DNA of 64,000 nt from an uncultured delta proteobacterium (GCA_963851005.1 CAWKNI010000002.1:6156-70155), one strand, 5' to 3'; counted from the first letter of the stretch, positions 44,977 to 54,462 are shown. Notes: generated by a model not told the origin, from the sequence alone. A program made the numbers and translations.

Positions 44977-47900
44977 CTAATTAGTTATATTCTTGCCCGT
45001 CAAGTAATCAATCATCGGTTGCGTAACCAGCGGCACAAGATCACCGATCATGTGCGGCATAAGACTATCCATTACTTTCGGCATCAGTTCCGGCATCTGC
45101 TCACGCATATAATCGGGCATGGCAATCTGCGCGGCAACTCTGTCGAGCATCGTCGGCATTACCTTCGGCATCATCATAGGCAGTAATCGGGGAAACAAAA
45201 CAGGAAACATGGGTTTCATTAAATTGAGCGCACCGGGAATCTTTCCCATGACCCGCATCATCGGACCCATACCGAAGGGCATGGCGTCAATCAATTGCGG
45301 CCACATCGTGCCCATTAAATTGGCAAAACCTTGTGGCGTCATCAAAGATATGAAGGCATCGAAAACGCCCCATTGGCTGTGCACATCGGGGTTAGGATCG
45401 GGAAAATCATATCCAAGGGCGTTTCCGGCCAGATGCGCTAAATCCACGACATCCACCGGTATATTTTTCTTTTTCGCGGTTATACGCAACTGCACCTGAC
45501 AGCAGGGACACAGTGCCAATACTTTTTGGGCACCTGCTTCCACCGCTTCATCCAGTCTTGTTTTACCGATCTCGGCAGCAACCGGCGGATCTTTAATCAA
45601 AGACAGAACACTCCCGCAGCAATGGGCGTTTTCATGGTTATGCTCCATTTCGACAAATTGAACGTTAGGGATCGCCCTGATCATATCACGCGGTGGTTCA
45701 TACACACCGGATGCCCTGCCGATATGACAGGAGTCATGCCAGGTGACCTTTACCGGCTTAATATTATTCGCTGGAAATTTGAATTCACCGGATTTTATTT
45801 TTTCGGCGATAACTTCAGAGTAATGTTTGGTCTTGATGTTGTATTCAATGCCCAACTTCTTTGCCCATTCGGGATAGACATTGCGCCACATCATGTCGCA
45901 AGCTGGACATGATGCAATGACAGTATCAGCACCAGTTCGCTTTACAACTTCTATGTTTTTGCGCATAATATCTTCAAAAAGATCCCATTTACCGGCGACC
46001 AGCATCGGCGTGCCACAGCAATTCTCCGGTTTGCCGGCGTAAACAAAATCCACACCGGCGCGGTCAAGCAATCTTACGGTTGCCATACCGATGTCGTGCT
46101 CCACATAGCTCACCGTGCATCCTGCAAAATACATTGCCGGTGCTTTGCGTCCGGGACCATGTTTCTCTTTAAGATCTTCAGGAAACCAGTCTGCCCTGTT
46201 TTTGCGGTAACCAGCCCAGATGTTGCCCTCGGAACGTAGCGCTTCAGCCATCATTTCAAATGGAGGAAAGGTCATCCGTTTTTCCTGATTGATCAGTTTG
46301 CCGCGCAGTTTCATCCAGGAAGGCTCTATGGGCAAAGCCGCGGAACAGCGTAAGTTGCAAAGCTCGCAGGTTGTACAGACCAGAAAAGTATCAATCTGCG
46401 CCTGAGTCCATTTGGCTCTTCCTTCCAGATATTCCCTCAACCAATACCATTTGCCTCGCGGGCTCTGGCTCTCCCAACCGCGGCCGTAAAATTGATCGCA
46501 CTCCTCCACACAGTAACCGCATTGAGAACAGCTATAAGCATACCAGACAACGTCAGATGGAATATCACTTACGGGATAAGTTTTTCTTTCTCCAATACGA
46601 GTAATAACATAATTGCCGAAAGGCCGGATCAGTGGCTCAACGATAGATCCTATGCTCACGGCGCTGTCCATCAGATTGTAACCCATGACCTTTCCGGGAT
46701 TGAAAATACCCTTTTCATCAATCTGTTTTTTAAAAGCTTTCAGCTTAGCCAATCGTTCTCCACCAAATACTTTGGAGGCTTTAGCCTTGAAATATAAACC
46801 GGTGGAATAGGCCCGACCGCCGTTGGCTTCCGCAATTTTCATAATGGATAATGAAAGACTGAAAACAAAATTGTAACTGAACTTGCGCTGATCGGCGGGA
46901 ATAAATCCCAGAACAACCACTTCCGGCTTTCCATCCTTGCCCTTGCGAATAACCGTGCCTTCCTTGACAATGGGTTGATTGATTTTTTTTTCGACTTCCG
47001 CCATGAAGTTACCCAACCGTGAAAGGGGAATGACAACTTCAGCGGGAACCAGACTGGGACCAAGGCGCTTGACCACCATAATTTTGAAACGGTTTTTCCA
47101 TTCATGTTCGGCGATGCGCTCACTTAATATTTCACCCTGACAGCGGCGCAATATTTCTTTCAGCTTGGCTTTACCTTGCGCCGCATCTTTTTTATGAAAA
47201 GCTATTGTGGCAACATAAGAAGCAGGCAGAAGCACTCTTTCTTCAATTGGATGACCGTTGTGTTCCATCAATGGCGAACGATTTTTCATTTCCGCCATCC
47301 GGGGATTGATGAAAACCAGAGACCACAAAGGCAGATCCGCTTTCACTATATCTTCCACAATCATTTGCAGAGCATCAGCTTCCGGGCAGCCGATAGCAAT
47401 AATTTCAAGTTCTTCTTTCGGTTGAACTTTCATGGTTAAATCAATGATAAAACCGGTTGTGCCTTCGGCATCGGCAATTAAGTCCAAATCTGTGCCGGTA
47501 AAGACGCGCACAGAACCATCGGGCAACACTACGCGGGCAGAAACGACATTTTCCCGAAACCAGCCGTATTGGTAGGAACCGAAACCAGCACCGCCCTGCG
47601 CCAGCCAGCCGCCGACAGTCGAGCCGGGATAACTGGACGGATATAGATTTACGGTAAGCCCCTCTTTAGCCAAAGCTGCGTCAACTTTTTCCCAGACAAC
47701 CCCGGCCTGACAGGTAACCGTCATGGCTTGCTTATCTATGGATAAAATTTTATTCAGACGGAAGAAATCAACTACAATCCCTTTTTTAATGGGCAAAACC
47801 CCGCCATAACCGGAAGAAGCTTTCGCCCTCGGCGTAAGAGCAATATTGTTTTGGCCGGCCCAGTTAGTGAGATTAACCAGCTCTTCTTCGTTTTGGGGCT

Positions 47901-48054
47901 GAACAATCGCGTCGGGAACTGTTTTGCCGATAAGCGGCGCAATAAGAGAAGGTATTGCAGCTATATCATGGCTGTATAACACACGCTCCACTTCATCAAA
48001 ATTCACACGATTGCCGAATTGCCCCTCCAGATATTCTTTCGTCTGCTGGTTCAT
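44977..48054 (-). CDS. Fusion of FAD-binding (GlcD-like) oxidase with a GlcF/HdrD-like Fe-S/CCG module and a Met/Pro-rich tail
   Basis: 1025-aa ORF. N-terminal FAD_binding_4 region; CSQCGYCVEEC and CTTCELCNLRC clusters; two CCG-type motifs (CCGTP..CPACD, HCCGS..CPCCQ); Met-rich C-terminal 121 aa. Confidence 0.88.
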   Translation of the reverse strand: MNQQTKEYLEGQFGNRVNFDEVERVLYSHDIAAIPSLIAPLIGKTVPDAIVQPQNEEELVNLTNWAGQNNIALTPRAKASSGYGGVLPIKKGIVVDFFRLNKILSIDKQAMTVTCQAGVVWEKVDAALAKEGLTVNLYPSSYPGSTVGGWLAQGGAGFGSYQYGWFRENVVSARVVLPDGSVRVFTGTDLDLIADAEGTTGFIIDLTMKVQPKEELEIIAIGCPEADALQMIVEDIVKADLPLWSLVFINPRMAEMKNRSPLMEHNGHPIEERVLLPASYVATIAFHKKDAAQGKAKLKEILRRCQGEILSERIAEHEWKNRFKIMVVKRLGPSLVPAEVVIPLSRLGNFMAEVEKKINQPIVKEGTVIRKGKDGKPEVVVLGFIPADQRKFSYNFVFSLSLSIMKIAEANGGRAYSTGLYFKAKASKVFGGERLAKLKAFKKQIDEKGIFNPGKVMGYNLMDSAVSIGSIVEPLIRPFGNYVITRIGERKTYPVSDIPSDVVWYAYSCSQCGYCVEECDQFYGRGWESQSPRGKWYWLREYLEGRAKWTQAQIDTFLVCTTCELCNLRCSAALPIEPSWMKLRGKLINQEKRMTFPPFEMMAEALRSEGNIWAGYRKNRADWFPEDLKEKHGPGRKAPAMYFAGCTVSYVEHDIGMATVRLLDRAGVDFVYAGKPENCCGTPMLVAGKWDLFEDIMRKNIEVVKRTGADTVIASCPACDMMWRNVYPEWAKKLGIEYNIKTKHYSEVIAEKIKSGEFKFPANNIKPVKVTWHDSCHIGRASGVYEPPRDMIRAIPNVQFVEMEHNHENAHCCGSVLSLIKDPPVAAEIGKTRLDEAVEAGAQKVLALCPCCQVQLRITAKKKNIPVDVVDLAHLAGNALGYDFPDPNPDVHSQWGVFDAFISLMTPQGFANLMGTMWPQLIDAMPFGMGPMMRVMGKIPGALNLMKPMFPVLFPRLLPMMMPKVMPTMLDRVAAQIAMPDYMREQMPELMPKVMDSLMPHMIGDLVPLVTQPMIDYLTGKNITN

Positions 48055-48152
48055 AAATAACCTCCGGTTTCCGATAAATTTGCCAAGTCGAAAACAAGTT
48101 GATTGGCACGACAGGGAGTTGATCTATCGTGCCAGTTTAAATTTAAATATGT

Positions 48153-49346
48153 TTAAAAAGTGTAGGCAACTCCCATATCAATTGAGTACTGTGACATTTC
48201 TGTTTCATATGAGCTGATATACTGTGACGGATTAGAGCCGCTAATTTTTGCTGTCGGTGAATACATGCCGCCGATGTTAAGTGTGAATTGTTTGGTAATA
48301 TTAATTCCAATACCTGCGGTAATGTGATGTTCAGAAACTGCTGGGAAAGCTATATTTTCGAATGCCCGGTTGCTATCAAGAGGCATTTTGCCGTAGTTAT
48401 AACCGGCTCGTAATACCACCATTGGATTAACTGTGTACTGAACGCCTAGTTTGTAGACGAACTGGTCGCTCCAATCCATATTCCAGGGCATGGCTCCACT
48501 GGCGTTGGCCGTGTATTTGGGCAGGTTTTGCCCATTGGTATCTGACCAGTTTATCCATTCGACATCAAAACCAATGGATAAATCTTTGATTGGTTTTATA
48601 CCTAAGCCTATTGTCGCCACTTGGGGCTGATCAAATTCTATATTATCTATACCGGCAGCTGTGTTAAAAGAAAAATCCTGAAAATAGCTTTTTGTCTCGT
48701 AGGCCAATCCAATCTGGATCATATCTATTGGTTTGACCAACACTCCGATAGTTGCTCCGTAACCGAAAGACGATGCGCCCATATGTGGCAGCTGGTCTGC
48801 AGGACTTGCGTTGGCAACATTAAATTCCATGGTCGCGTACATAATGTTGACTGCAACCCCGACGGACACTTTATCATTGATTTTGTAGGAAAGGGCCGGC
48901 GCGAAACGCATCTGTGAATACGCTGTATAGGTGGTGCTTCCGTAAAGATTTGCGGGATAATCAACACCCATACCGGCCACACCGTATGCACCTACCCCAA
49001 ACTTAAATTTATCACCAAGTGGGATGATCAAGCCAAAAGCAGGAACTGGTGATGCGCCTCGGTCAGAATCAATTTCAGCCCCATTAGCTCCCCCGGTTGC
49101 CTTATAGTCAACGGAAGGCTTGAAATATGAGGCACCAAAATCTATCCGCCCAGGCAAATCGCTCATACCGGCCGGATTGGTCAGTACTGACGCGGCATCA
49201 AGCGGGAGTCCCACACTCACCCCACCCATGGAATCCTGCACCGGACCGAAGCCGATCATCCGCATACCGTTGGTCGCGTAAACACTGCTCGCCATCAATA
49301 CTGCGCAAACAATACTCATTAAGGACAACCTAATTATTTTTTTCAT
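48153..49346 (-). CDS. FadL/OmpP1/TodX-family outer-membrane channel for hydrophobic compounds
   Basis: 397-aa ORF with a signal peptide, NPAGMS motif, alternating beta-strand pattern, and a C-terminal ...GVAYTF. Confidence 0.85.
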   Translation of the reverse strand: MKKIIRLSLMSIVCAVLMASSVYATNGMRMIGFGPVQDSMGGVSVGLPLDAASVLTNPAGMSDLPGRIDFGASYFKPSVDYKATGGANGAEIDSDRGASPVPAFGLIIPLGDKFKFGVGAYGVAGMGVDYPANLYGSTTYTAYSQMRFAPALSYKINDKVSVGVAVNIMYATMEFNVANASPADQLPHMGASSFGYGATIGVLVKPIDMIQIGLAYETKSYFQDFSFNTAAGIDNIEFDQPQVATIGLGIKPIKDLSIGFDVEWINWSDTNGQNLPKYTANASGAMPWNMDWSDQFVYKLGVQYTVNPMVVLRAGYNYGKMPLDSNRAFENIAFPAVSEHHITAGIGINITKQFTLNIGGMYSPTAKISGSNPSQYISSYETEMSQYSIDMGVAYTF

Positions 49347-49484
49347 ACTTCCTCCTTTTTCTCCTCAAATTTTTTAATATTTTCGATCAATTTTATTACG
49401 ATGAATTCGTCACAAAATCCTCCAGCGCAATCTTTTAAAAAAATATTTTGGGCCGACTCACCATAATTACCTAATGTGCGTAAT

Positions 49485-49865
49485 TTATTTTCGTTTAGCG
49501 GCAGTTTTGCGTTTCACTGATCTGTTACCAGATACGTCATTAAACTCTTTAACCATACGGGCAACTTCTTTTCCTCTTGCCCTGTGTTGTTCAACTAATA
49601 CTTCCCGCATTAAAGTGCAGGCCTGAATGATTTTAGGGTTGGAAATCGAATAAAACAATTGCTGTCCTTCACGCCGGGATACAATAACCCCTTTTGATTT
49701 CAACACATTCATATGCTGGGACATGCTTACTTTGTTTAAACCAGTTTCGTGCATGATTTCCTGATTGGATATTTCTTTGTCTTTAAGCAAATTAATAATT
49801 TCCAAACGCTTATCATTGGCAAAAATCTTACAGATATCAGCCTGAAGCTTAAAAATATTTTTCAT
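49485..49865 (-). CDS. ArsR/SmtB-family transcriptional regulator
   Basis: 126-aa ORF with FANDKRLEIINLLKDKEISNQEIMHETGLNKVSMSQHMNVLKSKGVIVSRREGQQLFYSI. Confidence 0.85.
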   Translation of the reverse strand: MKNIFKLQADICKIFANDKRLEIINLLKDKEISNQEIMHETGLNKVSMSQHMNVLKSKGVIVSRREGQQLFYSISNPKIIQACTLMREVLVEQHRARGKEVARMVKEFNDVSGNRSVKRKTAAKRK

Positions 49866-49949
49866 TTACCCTCCATCAACGATCAAAAGATTAAACTTCA
49901 TAACAGTAATTAAATTCCATGTTTGAGTTAACCAATAGTTTATTAGTTA

Positions 49950-49992
49950 ATATAGTTGCAAACTATATAACTCTTGTTTTCATACATGTCAA
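49950..49992 (-). promoter_or_regulatory. ArsR promoter with overlapping palindromic operator
   Basis: Minus-strand read: TTGACA (49987-49992), 17-nt spacer, TATATA (49964-49969). The palindrome ATATAGTT-GCA-AACTATAT (49950-49968) overlaps the -10. Confidence 0.55.
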
Positions 49993-50199
49993 TATAAATA
50001 TTAGAATTAGCAAAAGTTTAGCAGAATTGAGAAATAAAGAGTTATTATTTAACACATAATACAAGTATTGGGGGAGCAGGGCACACTCTTTCTAACGGTT
50101 TTTTAAGCTAAAATAGGCTTATAAGTAATAAGTCGCCAATCTTATAAAAACAATTGATCATATTAGTTTCATTAGTTGGTTAACTTTGGTCGACTCCCG

Positions 50200-51525
50200 T
50201 TATTTCCGAGGGGCAACTCTGCGATAGTTCATATTCGACATGAATGCAAAACACATCGCCGTGAAACTGCGGGTTTTTCTAAAGGTTGATGAGGCTTTGT
50301 GAAACAACACAGGCAAGGCGTATATTTGTCGGTTAATCTCTATCATCTTACGGTACAACTGATCAGGCTCCATACTGCCAGGCTTATGAATCACTTCGGT
50401 CATATCATAGTGGTCCCAATCTTTATGAAAATCAGTATAGAGTAATCGCTGCTCTTTACAATATCGGTCAAAAACCCGCGTGCCCGGTAGCGGAGTCAGG
50501 AATGTAGTCTGCATCACATCTATGTCATGATGAACCATGTAGTCGGCACGTTGTTGCAGTTTATCTGGGGTATCTCCATCCATCCCGAAGATAAAGGCTC
50601 CTAAAACTGCAATACCTGCACGGTTGATGTGACGGAATGCATGGGAATAATAATCTACTCCACGATTAATATTGAGCTGTTTATGGACTTCTTCTAGGGC
50701 ATCGACTTGCTCTGCTTCAAGCCCCAGGAAGACCATCTTGCAGCCAGCCCGGCTTGCCCAGGAAACCACTTCATCATCATCCCCAAAGTTCAGCGAAGCC
50801 TGGCAGAACCACCACTTGTTCAGCTTACGCTCCACCATCCCTTTGAAAATTTCCAATGCCTGCTCACGTGAATCCTTTCCGTACCCAATGATGTTATCAT
50901 CCACAAAGAATATCATTTTCTCTTTTATAGTTTCCAACTCGGCCAGTACTTCACCAGGAGGACGACGGCGGTATCGTCTCCCATTGAAAGCGCTAACCGA
51001 GCAGAATTCACAGTCCATCGGACAACCTCGCGAGGTTTGCACAGAGGCGAACATATAGCCAGGATTAAACAGGTCACGTCGCGGGCTCGGCATACCTGAC
51101 AAATCAGACCAGTCGCCCTTGTATATCTGCTGGAGACACCCGGCATCAACATCGACTATTACACGCGGCCATACAGTTTCAGCCTCGCCGACAACCACGG
51201 CATCTGCAAAACGAAGGGCTTCTTCAGGGCACATGGAGGCATGGATGCCCCCTATAATGACAGGTACACCTCGCTGTCGATAAATCGAAGCGATTTCGTA
51301 TGCCCGATTCGTAGAGGCAGTAAATGCCGTAATACCAACCAAATCCGCTTTTTGATAGGAGAAAGGCTTCCAGTTCTCATCAAGCAGCGTTACATCCCAC
51401 GAGGGAGGGGTGGCGGCTGCGACAATTCCTAAGCCAATAGGAGGAAACCGTGAAGACCTGTTAACAGTGAGCCCTACACGGGCAGGATTCACAGGGTTGA
51501 TCAGGACGAGATTTCTATTTTTCAT
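50200..51525 (-). CDS. B12-binding-domain radical SAM protein
   Basis: 441-aa ORF. N-terminal cobalamin-binding-like Rossmann region (VGITAFT..., VIIGGIHAS), then SRGCPMDCEFCSV. Confidence 0.88.
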   Translation of the reverse strand: MKNRNLVLINPVNPARVGLTVNRSSRFPPIGLGIVAAATPPSWDVTLLDENWKPFSYQKADLVGITAFTASTNRAYEIASIYRQRGVPVIIGGIHASMCPEEALRFADAVVVGEAETVWPRVIVDVDAGCLQQIYKGDWSDLSGMPSPRRDLFNPGYMFASVQTSRGCPMDCEFCSVSAFNGRRYRRRPPGEVLAELETIKEKMIFFVDDNIIGYGKDSREQALEIFKGMVERKLNKWWFCQASLNFGDDDEVVSWASRAGCKMVFLGLEAEQVDALEEVHKQLNINRGVDYYSHAFRHINRAGIAVLGAFIFGMDGDTPDKLQQRADYMVHHDIDVMQTTFLTPLPGTRVFDRYCKEQRLLYTDFHKDWDHYDMTEVIHKPGSMEPDQLYRKMIEINRQIYALPVLFHKASSTFRKTRSFTAMCFAFMSNMNYRRVAPRK

Positions 51526-51595
51526 ACCTGTTGCCTCGTTAAATTAGTCAGATTAATCTTCTTTAATTGATAAGATTTTGCTTTTGGATGGCTAA

Positions 51596-51624
51596 ACTAT
51601 AGAAAGTACGGCCTTGTATGTCAA
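51596..51624 (-). promoter_or_regulatory. Sigma70-like promoter of the B12-radical SAM gene (promoter-family member A)
   Basis: Minus-strand read: TTGACA (51619-51624), 17-nt spacer, TATAGT (51596-51601). The extended block 51609-51639 is shared with 33118-33148 (26/31). Confidence 0.55.
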
Positions 51625-51774
51625 GGTAATCTTGACCACAAAATGTGATCGTGAATTTTGTTGATTACCAATTGAAACCCCTTATGCCAACCTGTCGGCA
51701 CAAATAAGAATGAAAATGATGCTTGCGTTCAAGGCATCTGTTCGATTATTATATTACACATTTTTGAATACCGT

Positions 51775-53004
51775 TTGGATAATCAATTTTCAGGAGAAAT
51801 CTCGAAGAATGGAGGAAAGTCTCAAATAGATAAGAATAAGGTAGCCCTCAAGGCCTCGATCATTTTTTATTTCATAATCTGCTTTGAAATTCTGATCATG
51901 ATCAGTCCTTTCGCTGGGTTTTTTTATACCGCGTTTAGTCCGGTCCTCGTGGGGATCGCCAAGTATCCGGCGACCAGATGGTTAAGTGCGTTTTTCTTCA
52001 CGCACATGGTCGTTCCACCCACGCCTTTTTTAAAAGCGTTTCGCATAGCCGGGTCGGTTTTTTTTCTTCTTGGGTCTGCATCTTTTCTTGTTGCAGCGTT
52101 TCAGGTCTATTCGAACAAGTTTCGGAAAAAGGGACCGGCACTTCGGATGTTCTATACCTCGATCAGGCACCCGCAGTACCTGAGTCTCGGAGTTGCTGGT
52201 ATGGGGCTGGCAATCCTTTGGCCTCGCTTCCTCGTCGTAGTCCTCTGGCTTCTTATGGTACTTGTCTACTACTTCCTCGCCAAGGATGAAGAAGGACGAA
52301 TGCAGAGACAATTCCCTGATTCTTACAGGGAATACATGCAAAAAACAGGAATGTTTCTTCCAAAGAGAATTGAGGATGTGCTTGCTCCATTATCAGTCCT
52401 TGGCAAGGTAGGCATGTTTGCTGTGCTCGTCGCTTTCGTGCTTGGCGGCGCCTTTCTTCTCAGGGATTACACGGTGAAAAACCTTCCGTTATGGAAGGGT
52501 TCAAACATCGTGACACTCGCAGTTTTTCCTGACGATGAGCTGGTCATGGATCGCCGAATGCCCGAGATTCTACAACTCGAAGAGGTGAAAACGCACGTAA
52601 AACAAAACGAACCGTATCTTGTTTACTTTCTGGCAACTAACTATGTCATGCAAGGTCTCATTGCGGACACTGGGAGCACCTGGCATCTCTTTGAACGCCA
52701 TCGGACGATTGCTAGGTTCATCGACTGGATTATTCATCCCTTCAGTCATTTGGGTGGGGTTCATCATTCAGTATTCGAACCAGAGGCTCAATCCGGGCAT
52801 CACGATGGCAATACGGTGAGGAGGCTCATTTTCGTCAAGCTCTCCAATGTGGCATTGAACCAGCCGTCAGATGCGTTTTCGATAAACGCCGCGAGGACGC
52901 CGGATTTCATGATAGATATCGACGTCCACGAAATGAAGATTATCGGATCAAAAGTTCTTCCGGTGGAGACAGCTTGGAGAAAGGTCCCGACACCGTCTTT
53001 TTGA
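51775..53004 (+). CDS. ICMT/PEMT-like membrane methyltransferase fused to an unknown ~190-aa C-terminal domain
   Basis: 409-aa ORF with a TTG start and several TM segments. RHPQYLSLGVAGMGLAILWP...AKDEEGRMQRQFPDSYREYMQKTGMFLP is the isoprenylcysteine/phospholipid methyltransferase-type motif. The C-terminal domain is not recognised. Confidence 0.7.
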   Translation: MDNQFSGEISKNGGKSQIDKNKVALKASIIFYFIICFEILIMISPFAGFFYTAFSPVLVGIAKYPATRWLSAFFFTHMVVPPTPFLKAFRIAGSVFFLLGSASFLVAAFQVYSNKFRKKGPALRMFYTSIRHPQYLSLGVAGMGLAILWPRFLVVVLWLLMVLVYYFLAKDEEGRMQRQFPDSYREYMQKTGMFLPKRIEDVLAPLSVLGKVGMFAVLVAFVLGGAFLLRDYTVKNLPLWKGSNIVTLAVFPDDELVMDRRMPEILQLEEVKTHVKQNEPYLVYFLATNYVMQGLIADTGSTWHLFERHRTIARFIDWIIHPFSHLGGVHHSVFEPEAQSGHHDGNTVRRLIFVKLSNVALNQPSDAFSINAARTPDFMIDIDVHEMKIIGSKVLPVETAWRKVPTPSF

Positions 53005-53244
53005 TAGAACTCACATAACATTCAAAGAAACAAGCACGGCAATTAAAATATTTTAAGGATTTGCGTTTGAAACGTTATATTCTTGGCGACCATACTAAAA
53101 ACACATTACAGTCAACTATCCTTAAAATAAATCTTACCTTATTTTAAATATTAATCTTCACTTACCGGTGTTATTCAGATTGATTTGTGGTAAATAAAAT
53201 GTATAGTAAAATTATAAGGCAATAAAATAACTAGGAGGCACGAA

Positions 53245-53514
53245 ATGAGCAAAGCTGATTTGATCGAAGAAGTGGCAAAGGTTACATGCAGCAAGAAAGA
53301 AGCCGTACTGGCAGTAGACGCAACATTGGCAGCAATCAAAAAAGCGCTTAAAAAAGGTGATGCTGTTACACTGGTGGGATTTGGTACATTTGGTGTTAAG
53401 AAAAGAAAAGCCCGCACAGGCAGGAATCCCCAAACAGGCAAGGCCATTAAAATCGCCGCAAAGAAGGTTGCCGTATTTAAAGCCGGGAAAGGTTTGAAAG
53501 ACGCAGTAAAGTAA
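53245..53514 (+). CDS. hup: HU-family nucleoid-associated DNA-binding protein
   Basis: 89-aa ORF with [21 protein letters not shown]...[45 protein letters not shown]. Confidence 0.92.
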   Translation: MSKADLIEEVAKVTCSKKEAVLAVDATLAAIKKALKKGDAVTLVGFGTFGVKKRKARTGRNPQTGKAIKIAAKKVAVFKAGKGLKDAVK

Positions 53515-53537
53515 ATCAACTATTCATCATGTACATT

Positions 53538-53574
53538 GAGCCGTTTCATGCTTAGGTGGGACGGCTTTTTTTTA
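53538..53574 (+). terminator. Rho-independent terminator after hup
   Basis: Stem GAGCCGT (53538-53544) / ACGGCT (53561-53566), followed by a run of T. Confidence 0.7.
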
Positions 53575-53598
53575 TTAATTTATGTTCATTTTCTCAAG

Positions 53599-53627
53599 CC
53601 TAACAATTAATATCCGAATTTCGCTTT
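53599..53627. repeat. 29-bp direct repeat, copy 1 (partner at 54079-54107)
   Basis: CCTAACAATTAATATCCGAATTTCGCTTT versus CCTAAAAATTAATATCCGAACTTCGCTTT, 27/29 identical. Confidence 0.8.
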
Positions 53628-53629
53628 AT

Positions 53630-54052
53630 TTATTTTTTGGACTTAACCTTCTTTACATGAACCTTTTTCATCTTCAGTGGCACATTGCCCTTCTTGGGAT
53701 ATACCTTGACGGTCTGCCTATGGCCGGATGCGTTCGTCAAGTCTTTCTTGGCTAACTTCTTACCTATTGTACCATGGTTCGTTTTTACCTTCCTTACAAT
53801 CTTTTTAACTGCTTTTTTCTTTGGAGTTGCTTTTTTTATAGTTTTCTTTGGTGTTGACATCAGGGGGGAGCTCTTTACAAGACGGGCTTCATCAGCCGAG
53901 TCAGAATTTGTCTTCCTAAACTCATTAAGCTGTGCGATTATCATAGAGGGAGGCTTAATAAAGTCAGGACCGTACCAGAGATTGCCATTCCACGTATAGC
54001 ACCTGTCTTCAATTGTAACTATGATTGCGGACTTGGCTTTTTCTTTTTTCAT
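53630..54052 (-). CDS. Lysine-rich basic protein of unknown function
   Basis: 140-aa ORF. The N-terminal ~55 aa look globular (CYTWNGNLWYGPDFIKPP). The C-terminal half is a K-rich low-complexity tail (PKKTIKKATPKKKAVKKIVRKVK...KKVHVKKVKSKK). Confidence 0.55.
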   Translation of the reverse strand: MKKEKAKSAIIVTIEDRCYTWNGNLWYGPDFIKPPSMIIAQLNEFRKTNSDSADEARLVKSSPLMSTPKKTIKKATPKKKAVKKIVRKVKTNHGTIGKKLAKKDLTNASGHRQTVKVYPKKGNVPLKMKKVHVKKVKSKK

Positions 54053-54078
54053 TTTATCTCTACCCGCATTTTCATCCT

Positions 54079-54107
54079 CCTAAAAATTAATATCCGAACT
54101 TCGCTTT
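54079..54107. repeat. 29-bp direct repeat, copy 2
   Basis: See 53599-53627. This copy lies 27 nt upstream of the Lys-rich gene start. Confidence 0.8.
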
Positions 54108-54174
54108 GCTATGTTTTACCTTCTCTTCTATTCCTTTTGATTATCAGTAATTTTTTAAAAACACTTTCTTAGTG

Positions 54175-54390
54175 TTAATGGTTTAGCCTAATGTTATCAT
54201 CAATTTCGATGCTTTCCTCTTGCCCCTGAGATTTGGAATTTACTCCTATAAGCACATCGAGTTTGTTGTTGATGCTTTCTAGATTTTTTACAATTTCATT
54301 GATTTGTGATGCCCAACGGAATAGAGCAACATAAATGGCTATATTAATACTTAGAAACAAAAGGAAAGTAATTATCGTATCATTTCCCAT
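54175..54390 (-). CDS. Small single-pass membrane protein
   Basis: 71-aa ORF with RBS GGGAGG, one TM helix (IITFLLFLSINIAIYVALF) and a coiled C-terminal part. Confidence 0.45.
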   Translation of the reverse strand: MGNDTIITFLLFLSINIAIYVALFRWASQINEIVKNLESINNKLDVLIGVNSKSQGQEESIEIDDNIRLNH

Positions 54391-54433
54391 ACAAACCTCC
54401 CTAAGTTCTATATAGTTCTTATTAATTGATTAA

Positions 54434-54462
54434 ACTATAAAATTGTCGGTCCTGTATGTCAA
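54434..54462 (-). promoter_or_regulatory. Sigma70-like promoter (promoter-family member B)
   Basis: Minus-strand read: TTGACA (54457-54462), 17-nt spacer, TATAGT (54434-54439). Flanks CAAGATTTCATTGACATACAGGACCG and TATAGTTTA resemble member A. Confidence 0.55.
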
